Below are positions 31,901 through 48,048 of a stretch of 64,000 bases of DNA, in pieces. The position numbers and the translations under genes are program-made. Source of the stretch: the human T2T-CHM13v2.0 reference genome, Homo sapiens; assembly GCF_009914755.1 (NCBI RefSeq), contig NC_060935.1; one strand, written 5' to 3'. The notes beneath the pieces were generated by a model. The model searched no databases. It had not been told where the DNA came from and saw nothing but the letters and a program-made list of their open reading frames with translations. Numbering within the stretch: the first letter of the stretch is position 1; every line of letters begins with the position of its first letter.

Positions 31901-34900
31901 TAATCAGGAGAGCCACTTGTGAGCCACTGGAGAGAACTTAGACAAAATAGTGACAGGGAGATGAGCCCAGGGGAGTTCAGAAATTATTTTTTTCTCCCTT
32001 GAGGTGTAGAGTGTCATGGAAAGGAGGTGAGGGCAGGGGAATGGTGAGAAATGAAGCAGGAGCAAAATCCTGAAAGGCCTTGTATGTTACAAAGAAAAGT
32101 TTGGACTTTCTCCTGGGATTTTAGAAAGATATAGAAGGGTTTTAAGGATACAATTTCATTTGGAATTGGAATCTCGTCTTGGCTGCCCAGTGGAGATGGG
32201 AAGAATAAGATGCAGGGTGAGAAGGTTGTTGGTGGAGAGCATGCTACATGCTAGAGAGATAGTATCTTGTCAGGAATTTTTTAGTTGCTAGTGACAGAAA
32301 CTTACGTTGTTAACCAACCGCATTTTGGTTGCACAAACTTCCTCCTCTATAGATACATGGCAGCATGGTTGCAGACGCAGTCTGGCTTCAGGAACTACTG
32401 GAACAGGGGCTTGACCATGACCACGCCTCTTGCCATCTCTCAGTTGTACTCCCTTCTCCCTGCCAGCTCTGCCAGGTATAGAGTAGTGGTTGAGACGATG
32501 GGCTCTGGAGCCAGAGGGTTGTTGTTACTTACTAGCTGTGTGACTCTGAGCAAGTCACTTAACCTTGCTGCACCACAGTTTTCTCATCTATAAACAAGAA
32601 TGATCATATCGTTTACCTCCTGGAGTTGTTGCGAGGACTAAATGAGTTAATGCACTTAAAGGGCTTGGCACAGTCCCTGGTGCATAGAAGGTGCTTAATA
32701 AGTGTTAGCTGTTATTGGTGTTATTTATATTATTTGAATGCAGACTGTCTTTTTCCAGATGGTAGGAAAATAGGCTCTGACAGCTCTTAAATGTTACATC
32801 TGACTTCAGGTACCAGAGACATACTGACTAAATGTTTCCTAGTTCCAAGTCCAAATATCTGAAGGGAAAAGACTTGGAGGCCAAGTTGAGTTTGATTCCA
32901 CTCTTGGCCCAATCAACCTGGTCAAGTGGACAAGTGCCATGATTATTCCACTTTGATCTGTGATCTTATAGATAGATACAAGGATCACCAAGATGAGGCC
33001 CTGGCCAGTCTAGAGGGTGAAGAGGCAGGATCCCCCCCTTCCCCAGATGATGGGTGTTGCGAGGGAGGCACTCACCAAATCCAGTAGACATTCACATTTA
33101 GAGGGCACCTGCCAAGGCCTTTGAGACCTGTTCACTTGGGGCATCCTCTATAGGACAGGCTTGATCAGTAGATGTAACAAAGGAGTATGGAAATAGGGAT
33201 GCATGGCTGCTGGGTACCTGGTCAGCCCTCTGGCCCTACGGCCCTGAGCTCCTACTTGACAATTGGCGCCTTAGCCCTGGTCCCTAACCAGCAGTTCTTC
33301 AGTCCTGCTCCCTCAGTGCTTGACCATTTCTCCTAGGCAGGCTTCCTTTTTTCCTTTATTAGAGGGCCTGGTCTGTACCTTCTGATACCCCCAGACCCTT
33401 TTGCTGTGGTTTAAAAACCAGATCCCACTCTCTTACCAATCCCATCTTCTCTATCTGGGTGGGTTAAAGGTGAAGGTAGAAATAGGATGCTCTGTCATTC
33501 TCTGCCCTTTTTATCCTCCAGGGCCTCATTTATACCAAACCTTCTCAGTACCCTCTTGGCTCAGTGACATTTTCCTGTACACCAACCTGTCAATAGCTGC
33601 GATTCAAATTCTGTGCTCAACGAAATTCCAAATCAGTCCAGGTCTTGGACCTTTAGGATCACTTGAAAATAGTCAAAATAGAGAATGTTAAAATTTGTAA
33701 GTGTCAAGAGTCTATAATACAGATGTAGAACAAATTAACCCTGTCTCTAGTAATTGGTTGAAGGCTTTTGGTGCAGGTGACATTTATCGGAGCCATGGAG
33801 GGTGGGTAGGATTTTGACAAAGCAGGAGAGTGATATGGAAGATTAGAGTGAGGCATGGGGATGGGGACAGGGCAGTTTGTATTTTCAGGGTGGGGAAGGT
33901 CAGATGTGCCTGAAGCTCAGGATGAATGGAGCAATTAATGGGAGATAAAGCTAGAATGCTACAAAATTCTCAGAACCCCAAGGCAGACAGCATTTTCCTT
34001 CCAAGGAAAATGTGGGTAACACTTTTGAGGGTCCCATGCATTGTTGTAAGCAATGAGTGAGAAAGCCTTTATTATGAAGGAACAGGCTAGAGTCAGTGGA
34101 GCATGTGTGTATTTTGTTGTGCTCGTGGAAGTCAGCCTGAATGTGGTGAGCCTGGTTTTTTTGTTTGTGGTAGATTTCAAAATCCATCACCTCATAATAT
34201 GTTTACTGGTCCCTGGTTTACTTTCCAGAAGGTGCTCAGAGTAATGCTCATGAACACTTGTGGACCAGAGATGAGCTGCCTTCCCAAAACGTAAGCATCT
34301 CCCATTTAAAACTTGCAGAAATATCAGTGTCTTCCATTTAAACCATCTTGGATTCCCTGTCTCTGATTGATAAATTATTTGATTACATGGTTAGTTGCTT
34401 CATTAGACTGTAAACTCTAGGAGGGCAGGGACCCATTCACATCAAGACTGTCATGTATTACAGCATCTGGCCCAGGGCCTGGAGCAGAATGAGTTCTTAA
34501 TATAGCTTAGGTAAGCTAAGCTGCACTGGACTTTGAGAGTTTGAGTGTGGGAAAGAACTTTGAAAGGTAGAAGGCCAGGAACAGTTTGAGAGGGTGTGAA
34601 GGGGTCAGTCAGGGCAGTGCGATTAGAAATAACAGAATCTGTTCTACCTGGCTAAGCAGAAAGAGGTTTATGAAAAAGTATTTGTAGCTCACAGAATTGC
34701 TGGGAGAGTTGAAGAAACAATCTAAATTGACCTTCTAGAAATGGCTTCCCAAAATCACACTGCACAGTTGCTGCCTCTGCCAAAATCAGGAAGCTGCACT
34801 ATTAGGAAGTTGCTGCCCCAGTTCTCGGCTCCACAGCCAAGTCAGTTTAGCTCTGATCTGTACAAGATAATTCTTGCCTCCTGCTATGGCTCTTTCCCCA

Positions 34901-37364
34901 TGCAACTCGGTTCTAGCACTAGACTAGTGCTTCTGATTAGAGAAACTGAATCACAGTTTCTCTAATCTAGGTGACATAATCTAGGTAACAAAAAGTTTGG
35001 AAAATAGCGTATTTAGTATTGTAGTCTTCGTGTGGAACACCAAAGAGGGTCTCGAATAAATCAACTCATGGTTTCTGGGGCTGCTAGGAAGCCTACAAGG
35101 ATATGGGTTTAGGCATAGGGGGTGTCACTCATCCATTCAAGTGCACATTCTCTGAGAGCCTACTGTGTCCAGGGCCTGATCAAGGAGAGGTGCAGAGACA
35201 CAGTCCCCACCCTTGGGACACTGACAGTCCAAGGGAACAATGCAGACATGGTCAGGAAGAAACTATCATGCCTGTCTCAGAGGATGGTTGAGGATATTGC
35301 TTCAGATAGGAGCTAAGGAACGCTCTCCAACTCATCACCAGGGTACGAGGGGTGCAGATCCTGGCAATGGATGTGGCTGGGCCTACCAGCATGATACTGA
35401 ACCTTTTAGGCAAAAGCTACTCTCTCAAAGATTCTCAGAGCTGGAAGGGGACTTAGAAGTTAGTTAATCCAACTGTGATGGCTGCACAAACTTTCTCCTC
35501 TCTAGCATCTCTGAAGAGTGATTGAAGTTATTTTTAGCTTTTATCTAGATTCTTGGTTTATTTTTTAGTCTTTAGGTTCTCCTTTTACAGGTCAATACTC
35601 TGTGGCAGGTTGTCTCCCAGATAAAATATGCAAACAGGTGTAAGAAAATTTAGTAACAGCGAGTTTAAAAATGTTAATGAAATCAGGACACGAAGGAATT
35701 GCAAGAGTTTAGTTCCCACAGCAGCTTAGTTAATATGCTAGGTTTTTGAAGCTGTGAACAAATCTGTGAGGTTGAGCTGTGAGTCTCCTCTGAAGGATAT
35801 GAGATGGGAAGATAATCATCACAGGAAAAACGGCCGAGGGGATACCACCTTAATCAGAAGGAAATGTGTGTAGATGAGCCTCCCTTTTAACAGGGCACTA
35901 ATTGCTCCCGCTTTGTTTATTTTTGTCTCCTTGATATAACTGTGTAGAGTCTCTGGGCCCAATTCCAAGTCCATATCCAGGCTCCCAGTGGTCCTTTCCT
36001 CCTTCTGATGAGCCTAGAGCTAAGCTAAAGGTGGCTGCCATAAAGCAGGCTTTCCCAAATGCTGTGCCAGCTCTCCTAGCCACCAGCAGCTGTGAGGGAA
36101 CTGCCTGTCAGCTGCTTGGCCATTGAAGGTGGTGAGCGAACAAGACAATGGAACATTTATTAAAAAGACAGGTAGTAATATGCAAAACAGATGTGTAAGC
36201 CCAGCTCTAGGGATCAGGGAAAGTCAAGGCTTCTGCTCAGGGGAAAGGAGGGGTCCTCAGCACAGCTGGGCAGAATGAGCCCTGGGGCAGGAGGGACATT
36301 CAGGATCCAGGGCTGCAGGAGTAGGACCTTGTAGCTCCTCAATGTGTTGCTGCACCACTAAGTTTCTCTTGGAAGTCTTTGGATCATTCTAGGGACCTGC
36401 AGGACACAGATGGCATTCCTTGGCTGGGATTTTTGAAGCAACTTTTTAATGCAGGGACTATTTGCAAAGGTGTTGGCAGAGACACAACACTAGGAGCCAT
36501 TATCACTCTGAGGCCTGGGGAGATGGTGGTCTTGGACCCTGGTTAGAAGTTGGAGCTGTTTAAAGGCTGCCTGACAGGAACTGTGGCCACAGAGGAAGGC
36601 AGACATGGTGGGATGGAGTGGGTGGGGGAATAAATACCATGACCTTTCCCTCCTGCAGTCTTCAACCTCCTGCCAGTTGCCCCATTGGCTGGAAGCTAGA
36701 GGGTAAGGGACCCTGGGAATGCACTCATAGAGATCAGCCCCACAGTAGAGGAGAGGAGAATGGAGAATGGATCAGGGGCCAAGGGGCCAAGGGCAAGCAG
36801 AGAATAACCGGCAAGGTATTCTTGAGTCCTCTCTCTCCCAGATGTCTGACTTTCCTTCCTCTCCAGCCAAGTTCCTGAGGGAATCAGATGGACTGACTCA
36901 GTTAACTACCATTGTCCCTGGGGAGAGGCAGGAGGTGCTGCTTATAGGCTTGTGCTGGTAGCTTGTCTGCTGCATGTGGGGCTCCCCATCTGTCTAGACC
37001 ATCTTGCCACACAACTCACCCTCACCGGGAAAACTCTGCTGTCTGCCTCTTAGAAGAAGCAAGGGGTGCAGTAGGACCCACAGACTCAAATACTGCTATT
37101 GAAGTGCTTTAATTGAGCAGGGTCCTTTCTGTCCCTTATATATTTTGACTCCAAGCTTGGTCCTTCTCTGGAACTATCCCCAGTAATCTCATCATATTTT
37201 GGGCTATGATTATATAATCAATATGATCTCACTTGTTTTTTTTTTTTTATCTTTCAGGAATTCCCTAAAAGTTCTGATTTGGTTATGGGTAATCTTTTTT
37301 ATTTTTAGTGTTGCTACTAGTATGTATATATCTCTATATATCTCTATCTCTATATATATCTAAC

Positions 37365-37831
37365 TGTGACAGGTAGAATAATGACTCCAAAGATATCCAC
37401 ATCCTAATCCCTGGGACCTATGAATATGTTACCTTACATGGTAAAAGGGATTTTGCAGATGTGAGTAAATGAAGACTCTTGATATGAGGAGATTACCTTG
37501 GATTATCCATGTGGACCCGAGGATATCTATGAGGGAAAGAGGGATGCAGGAGAGTCAGAGTCGGAAAAAGGAATGTTCAAGGAAAGCAGAGGTCAGAGTG
37601 ATGTGAAGATCCTGGCTTTGAAGATGGACTGCAAGTGGTTTGTAAAAACTGGAAAGGGCAAAGAAATTAATTCTCCCCTAGAACCTGCAGAAGAAACACA
37701 GACCTTGACTTTAGCCCAGTAAGACCCATTTGGGACCTCTGACCTCCAGAACTGTAAGATAATAAATTAGTGTTGTTTTAAGCCAATAAGTTTGTGGTAA
37801 TTTGTTATAGAAGGAATAGGAAACAAATACA
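37365..37831 (+). mobile_element. MLT1D-like MaLR LTR
   Basis: tgtgacaggtagaataatg...cctaatccctgg...ttctcccctagaacc...gtttgtggtaatttgttatag...aataca. Confidence 0.85.
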
Positions 37832-37867
37832 CTTACTATATTAACTCTTCTAACCCTCAAAACAATC

Positions 37868-38136
37868 CTTTTCTTTTTTGAGACTGAGTCTTGCTCTGTC
37901 ACCCAGGATGGAGTGCAGTGTTGCAATCTCAGCTCACCGCAACCTCCACCTCAGCCTCCAAGTAGCTGGGATTATACAGGTGTGTGCCACCACGCCCAGC
38001 TAATTTTTGTATTTTTAGTACAGATGGGGTTTCACCATATTGGCCAGGCTGGTCACGATCTCCTGACCTCAAGTGATCCGCCTGCCTCAGCCTCCCAAAG
38101 TGCTGGGATTACAGGTGTGAGCCAACACGCCCGGCC
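37868..38136 (-). mobile_element. AluS with short internal deletion
   Basis: Reverse Alu lacking the ccgggttcaagcgattctcctg segment. Confidence 0.9.
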
Positions 38137-40814
38137 AAAACAACCCATTTTGAAAATGAAGACACTGAGGCTCAGAGGTTTAAACAGTTTGCTAAGGTCA
38201 CATAGCTGGTAGATGGTAGAGAGCTGAGATTTGAACCTAGGTAGTCTGACTCTGGTGTCTGGGTATTTACCCAATGTACCCAATGCCTCTCATGTTAATT
38301 GGTTTATTATTTTTTTCAAAATATCTTTTCCTGCAGTTTTACAAAATTTTAAGAGGGAGGTAAGTTTGTTTTCTTAGTAGGTATTTTGGTTTCATTTTGG
38401 CGTATTCCTCATGAATGCCAAGATTCCACTCTACAAACCACCACAGTTTCATGGTTAAGAATGGAACTAAACCAGTCTTAGTGTTGCTTCTTACTAGTTG
38501 AGTGATGTTGTGGAAGTTATTTAATAGAGGATTAGTGTTCTCATTTTTAAAAGTGGGATAATAATCGTACTTACCACGCGATTGTTTTAAAGTGAGATAA
38601 TGCATACAAAGCACTTGGCACAGCATTTGACACAGAGTAAGAAGGTGGTATTTATTGAGCTATTACCTAACTAATAATGATAGCATTACTAGAGCTAATA
38701 ATATAATATTAGCATTATTTTTATTTACCAGAAGTGTATACTTCAGGCCCGCTCAGTCCAGTTCAGATTCTAAAGCTTACACAGTGGGAGGGAGGGAGAG
38801 GCTTATCTGGCATAATGCCCTTTCCTCAGATTCTAGAATATTGGTAATAACAGGCGTGGGTCCCGGCATGTCATTAGAAGAAAGCTGGCAGCAGCCTCAC
38901 TCTTGTGTGCCTTTCCACCATCTGAAGCAGAGACAAAGGACACTTATCCAAAGAGAAAAATTAGATTAGGCAATTTACCAATTCATGGAATTCATTCAGT
39001 TGTTTCTGTCCTTTCCTTTTCAAGTAGCTGTGTCCCTATCTGCCTCCTACAGGCAGTACCTGGACAGGTCAGCCTGTGTGTCTGCAGAACTCTCTACTGC
39101 TGGGGGACCCTGTCCAGGATCACTGGATTGATGTCACTGGAAGTGAAGGTAGAGGGCTGTTTCTTGGTTCAGTTAGCTGATTTAGCTACAGTTCATTTCC
39201 CTTCTAATTTTGGGCTTGACAAGGCAGACCTGAGGGGAAAGACAGGCAGAGGCAGCTTTTGATGTCAGAGCTCTCCTACCTACCTGCCCCTCTCCTGCCT
39301 ATCCTGTTCTATGCTCTCCCCCAATCCTACAGTAGAATTATCAGAGGAAGAGAGGGCGTGATTGGCAGCTGGGAGGGAGCAGCCATCAGAGCTATGCCTC
39401 TCTCATGGAGCACCTGGAGAAAAGAAGATTCTAGCTTTTCCAGCCCATGAACAGCCCAGTGCTTATCTTCCACTGCATCCAAAAGGGAAGCTGGGGGTGT
39501 AGTGGAGGGTGGGCTTCTACTTTTTAAGAAAATGCATTTTTTTTTATTATAAATGTATTGCTTCCTTAGAAATAAAAAGGTATGAAAATGTATAGAGTTC
39601 AGAATAAAATTATTCTCTAATTCCTTACCCTGAAGATGATATTGTTAACGGATTGGTGCACTTTCTTTCCAGTGTGTTGCAGCTTAATTTTCTCACTTAT
39701 CATTATGTCTTGGACATTTTCCCAAGTTTGTACATAGAATTCTATTTCATTCTTAATAACTCAATAGTATTACAGGGTATAGGCATAACATTATTCATTT
39801 AACTGGTGCTCCTATTAATGGATACTTTGTATTCTTTTTTTGTTATTATAAACAAAACAAAGCTGTACTGCACATCCTTTTAGATACTTCTTAGTGCATG
39901 TACGTAAGAATGTCTATAGGAAGAATCCCTAGAAATGGAATGGCTGAGTCAAAGAGTTTGCATATTTAAAATGTTGGAATGTATTGCTATATTGCCCTCT
40001 AAAATGTTTTAATAATTTACATACTCTTAGGTAGGTGTTCTTTAACTTTCAAGAGCCCTTACCAGTATGCAATATGTGAATTGCCTGACATTTTGACAAC
40101 CTTCAATAACCTCTTTCAGTGAAGCTCAATATACTTTGTGTGCTTGGTACAGATACTATGGTAGGCATGGGGTGTTCAAGAATGTCTGAAGGTTGAATAG
40201 TACTCCAAACCTAGCCTACAGTGTGTGTCCTATGAAGCCTTGAAGTTAGGCATTGTACTCTCTTCTCTAGCTACAAAAGTCCTGGATGGCATCTTCTTCC
40301 AATAGAAGGCTATTTAATCTCCATGGAAAATTTGTTGTTTTGTGTGGCTACCATTATCAATAATCGCAGATCATCTGGATGAATTGCTGCAGCTTCTACA
40401 CCAGAACTTGCTCCTTCATCTTATACTTTTTTGTTCTGGAGACAACTTCTTTCCTTAGAGGAGTTTTTGAGTAGGGGAAGAGACAAGTACAGCCATAGCT
40501 CAGAAATAATGTGGTTTAGTTCCAGACTAACACAATAAAGTGAGTAAAAAGAATGTTTTGGTTTCCCAGTTCATATAGAAGTTATGTTTACCTTATAAAC
40601 TCTATTAAGTGTGCAAAGCATTATATCTACAAAAGTACATACCTTAAAAGTACTTTATTTGCTAAAAAAATGCTAATGATATCCAAACCATCAGCTACTT
40701 GTAATCTTTTTGCTGGTGGAGGGTCTTGTCTCGATTTTGGTGGCTGCTGACTGATCAGCGTGGTGGTTGCTGAAGGTTGGAGTGGTTGTGGCAATTTCTT
40801 AAAATAAGACAACA

Positions 40815-41090
40815 GGCTGGGTATATTGCCTCATACCTGTAAATCCCAGCACTTTGGGAGGCTGAGGTGGGAGAATCTTTTGAGGCCAGGAGTTTAAGAC
40901 CAGCCTGGGCAACATAGTGAGACCGTGTGTCTACAGAAAATAAAAAGAAATTAGCTGAGTGTGGTGGTGCATGCCTATACTACCATCTACTAGGGAGGGT
41001 AGGATGGAAGGGTTGCTTGAGCCCAGGAATTCAAGGTTGTGCCACTGCACTCCAGCCTGGATGGCAGAGTGAGATCCTGCCTCAAAATAT
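40815..41090 (+). mobile_element. AluJ inside Tigger1
   Basis: Dimeric Alu sequence. Confidence 0.9.
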
Positions 41091-41094
41091 AAGA

Positions 41095-41219
41095 CAAAAT
41101 AAAATAAAATAAAATAAAATAAAATAAAATAAAATAAGATAAAATAAAATAAAATAAAATAAAGTAAAATAAAATAAAATAAAGTAAAATAAAATAAAAT
41201 AAAATAGTAAAATAAAATA
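41095..41219 (+). repeat. (TAAAA)n pentanucleotide microsatellite, ~25 units with interruptions
   Basis: Directly visible. Confidence 0.95.
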
Positions 41220-41493
41220 CAAAAATGAAGTTTGCCACATCAATTGAACCTTCCTTTCGCTGAAAGATTTCTTTGTAGCACATGATGCTGTCTGGTACTA
41301 TTTTAACCACAGCAGAACTTTTTTCAAAACTGAAGTCAATTCTCTCAAAGCTTTCTATTGCTTTATTAATATTGTTGTTTCAACAATATTCACAGCATCT
41401 TCACCAGAAGTAGATTCCATCTCAAGAAATCACTTTCTTTGTTCATCCATGAGAAGCAACTCCAACTCCTCATCCATTCAAGTTTTACCATGA

Positions 41494-41805
<312 letters not shown>

Positions 41806-42059
41806 CTCCGCTTAACCCTTCAAAGTCATCCATGAGGATTGGAACCAACTTCTTCCAAACTCCAGTTAGTGTTGATATTTTTACTTCCTGCCATGAATCA
41901 CAAATGTTCTTAATGGCATCTAGAGTGGTGAAAACTTTCTACAACGTTTTCAATTTACTTTGCTCCAATCCATCAGAGGAATCACTATCTATGGCAGCTT
42001 TGGCATTAGGAGATATATTTCTGAAATAATAAGACTTGAAAATGGAAATGGCTCCTTGA

Positions 42060-42486
<427 letters not shown>

Positions 42487-45400
42487 TGAAAGAAATCTTT
42501 TTTTCTGAGCAGTAGGTCTCAACAGTGGGCTTAAAATATGCAGTAAACCATGCTGTAAACAGATGTGCTGTCATCCAGGCTTTGTTTTTTCATTTCTAGA
42601 GCACAGGCAGAGTAGATTTTACATAATTCTTAAGGGTCCTAGGATTTTCAGAATGGTAAATGAGCACTGGCTTCAACTTAAAATCACCAGCTGCATTAGC
42701 CCTTGAGAGTCAGTCTGTCCTTTGAAGCTTTGAAGCTAGGCAATAACTTCTCTAGCTATGAAAATCCCAAATGGCATCTTCTTCCAATGGAAGGCTATTT
42801 TATCTATGTTGAAAATCTATTGTTTAGTGTGGCCACTGTCATCAATGATCTTAGCTAGATCTTCTGGATAAATTTTCATAGCTTTTACATCAGAACTTGC
42901 TACTTCACCTTGCACTTTTATGTTCTGGAGACAACTTCTTTCCTTTAACCTCATGAACCAACCTCTGCTAGCTTTATACTTTTGCAGTTTCCTCATCTTT
43001 CTCAGCCTTCATAGAACTGAAGAGAGTTAGGGCATTGTACTGGATGAGGCTTTGGCTTAAGGGAATGTTGTGGCTGGTTTGATTTTCTATCCAGATCACT
43101 AAAATTTTCTTCATATCAGTGATAAGGTTGTTTTGCTTTCTCATCATTTGTGTATTCACTGGAGCAGCACTTTTAATTTCCTTCAAGAACTTTTCCTTTG
43201 CTTTCACAACTTGGCTAACTGGTGTAAGAAGCTTGGCTTTCCACTTATCTTGGCTTCCAACATGCCTTCCTCACTAAGCTTAATCATTCCTAGCTTTTGA
43301 TTTAAAGTGAGAGATGTGCTACTTTTCCTTTCACTTGAACACTAGAGGTCATTGTGGGGATATTAATTAGCCTAATTTTAATATTGCTATTTCTCAGGGA
43401 ATAGGGAGGCCCAAGGAGAGGGAAAGAGTTGGAGGAATGGCTGGTCAGTGGAGCAGTTAGAACACACACAACATTTATCAACTAAGTTTGCTGTCTTATA
43501 TTGGTGCAATTCATAGCACCCCAAAACAATTACAGTAGTAGCATCAAAGATCACTTATCACAGATCATCATGACAAACATAATAATAATGACAAAGTTTG
43601 AAATATTGCGAGAATTACCAAAATATGACACAGACACGTAGTGAACATATGCTGTCAGAAAAAATGGCACTGATAGACTTGCTCAACATGGGGCTGCCAT
43701 AAACCTTCAATTTGTAAAAAAACACAGTATCTGTGAAGTTCAGTAAAGCAAAGTGCAATTAAATGAAGTATGCCTGTAAACCAAAATTATGATAATGTGC
43801 CAGGTATTAGGATATGAATAAAATACTAAGAGATCATGGGAAAGAGAGTAACTTCCTTTTTGGGGTCCTTCGAAGGAGGCTTCCCAGAGTAAGTGGGCCT
43901 TGAAAAATGAGGAGTTCTCAGCATGAGAACTCCTGATAGGGAATTCATGTGCTCTCTGGGGAGTGCTTCTGTTGATCTGTAGTTTGATTGGGAGGAGTAG
44001 AGAGAAATCAGTCAGGAGGGGTGGGTCACATTAGGAAGGACCTCAAATGCCATAGAGAGGAGGAAAAATTTCAGATGAGATGGAGGAAAGGCTGGAGAGC
44101 AGAGAGCCTGGAGCCCAGGAGAATGATTAAGAGACTGTGCAGAAGGTCAGGCAGATGTGATAAAGAACAAGATCAGGCTGATGGTGCTCAGGAGAGAGAG
44201 GGGAGGGCGGAGGAATTGGAGACTGTTTGGATGCATTCCTTTGGTATCTCAGACTCATCTTGGATTGGTCAGATTTGGACCTAGAGGCTGTCATCTGGGG
44301 GCAAGTTTATTACATTGGATGGCTAATAAAACTGTATTGATTCTGTTTTGTTTTGAAACAAGAAATCCCCCTGCTGGGAGAAATGTCAATCTGATGTGCC
44401 GGAAGGGAATGAGCAATAGAACTGCTTGGATTGTCTTAACTGAAAACTGCTGTTTCAGTATGACAGGGGATTGTGCTCTGTGCTGGGCCAGGCTCAGACC
44501 TTTATTAGATTATAATTCTCTTCTTGATTTGGAGCCCTGACACTGACCTGGGTTAGACATTGGAGAGGATGCAGGGTTGGGGAGGGGTGGAACCAAGGTG
44601 CGTGCAGGAAGCCTTGTGAAAGACAAAACCTGGAGTTAGTGTGGACACATAGTGATTCATTCGTTTATCCATTCATTCATCAAATCTATATGAGATTTTA
44701 CCCTGTGCCCAGGAAGGCACGGACCACTGGAGATGCAAAGCTCTTGTTCCCCAGGAGCACCTAGTCTAGGAACCAAGGGAGAGAAAGCTTGCAAATGGGT
44801 TGGTTTGGCACTGTCAGATCTAGTCTTTGATAAAAAAGTGGATTGGAGTTTAAGATGTTTGTCCTTGGAACCCTCCTCTTCTCCCCTTTTCTCTATCCTA
44901 CCCCTCCCCAGGCTTCCTCATGGTGGTGGATTTGTGTACCATTCTTATTCACAGCTGACCACTAGCTCAGCCCCATTAAAGCATCAGCTGATGATCAGAG
45001 AATTTCTAATAATAGCTTAAGGGATGATCCATCCTGAGCTTTCTTTTCCAATGTGTGTGAGAGAAAGCCCTGGCTTAGGCTCTGGTCCCAGCCTGACTGC
45101 TCACTAGCTTTGTGACTTTGGAAAAATCATTTAGCCTTTTCTGAGCCTCATTAATCATAATTCCTGCTCTGCCCTCCTCATGGGATGGTTGGAAGGCTCA
45201 ACAGGATGTGGATATGCTTTGAAAATTGTTGAGCTCAGTACAAAAGCAAGAGCCTGTAATTACTCCCTATGCTCTCTGTTGCTCAGAGACAGATATCTAG
45301 ATTATCATGTCAGGATCCTCACAATTCACAGGATGCCCCTTTCTTTACCCCAACTCTTAAGGGAATAAACATACCACACCTTGGTTCACCTCCTCTCAGT

Positions 45401-46583
45401 CAAAGGTAGTGAACTCTGGGGCCAATGGGGTTGGACTTATTTTCCCCTAGATGATATCTATATGAAGGGCAAGGTGAGTGAGATTTAAAAAGGAATCACT
45501 AAAAATTTCTATGTCAGTGGCAAAATAAGAGTGGATAGATAGGCTGAGACCAAAGCAGGAGAGGTTAGGTTAAACACTGGGAAGAACAAACATGGTGTTT
45601 GGAATTGGGAGACACTGGACTCTGCAAAGTTAGTACTTTTTAAGACCTGGGCGTCATCTTTTCTGACCAATTGTGTGACTTTGGGCAAGTTACCAAGGTC
45701 ACTCAGGTATCATTTACTAGTTATCAAAGGTCTCTAGGCTTTATTTCTAAGGATTGCACTGAGCTAACATAGTGCTTACACTAAAATGTGAGCTGAATTG
45801 AATCTCCTTTTCTGGAACTTATTCTGATATGAAAGATGGAGGCAGCTTAATTAGTATAATTTTGGGGGCAGTGGGATAAGTTAGGGAGTTAGAATCCTAG
45901 TATTCTGCAAAGCCCTCATGGAGAATTCACATTTCAGATTGCATGAAAACTTGGTCAAAGTCTAGTTAGTAATTGTGAGCTGAACATAGCTGTTCAGTTG
46001 CTGAAATGCCATTATTTGTGTGCAGTTGGAGGAGGAGAAAGGGACATTTGTCAGGCTATGTGTAAGTATCTTGAGCTCTTCCCTACAAAAACCTATGACA
46101 AATATAAAATTTTATTTAGGAGGCTAAAGGGAAGTAGTAAGGAGTTAAAGAAGTCTGGCTTAAATAGGAGAAAGCTGAATTTACTTGCCACTCATAAACA
46201 TGTCTTCACAGGAGGAAAATGAAGGCTGCAGTTGATTATTCACATTAGAAGGAGAAGTTCCTGTCCTGTCTCTCATCAAGAAGATGTCCCAAGTGGAATG
46301 GTTTCTTGATGAGGAAGCCTTCCCAAAATTTCCTATGTGGAAACCTTCCCAATTTGCAGTTGTTGAGTGACATCGACATGATTGTCAATGATGATGATGA
46401 TTACAATGATGGTGGGAATATATACTATGTGCCAGGCCCCGTGCTAAGTACTTTACTGATTATCTCCCTGAGATGATGCATTACTACCACATGATGCATT
46501 ATTAGCTTCAATTTACAGGTGTAGAAACAGAGGTTGGTGAAGGTAAAAGCTTGTTCAAGCTTACCTTTCTAGTAAATGAACAG

Positions 46584-46944
<361 letters not shown>

Positions 46945-47196
46945 CTAGCTCCTGCTTTAATCATTATCTTAAGTTATAAGATATTTGAATTAAATTGAAG
47001 CAGTATACAGAGATTTTCTTTACTATTGCTATGTCTGAGTTTTAAACTTCCTTGAAACAATTCTCTGAGCTTTCAAATAAAGGTATCTTACTGCTTGCAA
47101 GTTACCTTATTGTCAATTTTTTGGGAACAAACTCTTAAGGCAGACACTATTATTCCCTTTAACAGATGAAGAAATAGAAGCTCAGATAATTTAAGT

Positions 47197-47330
47197 CAGT
47201 GCTCCTCAAACTTATATAATCTGAGGGTCTTGTTAAAAGCAGGTCTGGGGTAGGTCTTGAGATTCTGCAGTTCCAACAAGCTCCTAGGTGCTGTCGAGGC
47301 TGCCGGTCTGGGGACCATCCTTTGAGGAGC
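47197..47330. mobile_element. MER5A-like hAT element inside a MIR
   Basis: cagtgctcctcaaactt...aggtctggggtaggtc.tgagattctgca...aacaagctcctaggtg...ggaccatcctttgag. Confidence 0.75.
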
Positions 47331-47381
47331 GAGGAGAAGTAACCTGCTCAGGATGACATAGCATATAAGAAAGAGATCCTT

Positions 47382-48043
<662 letters not shown>

Positions 48044-48048
48044 TGAAA

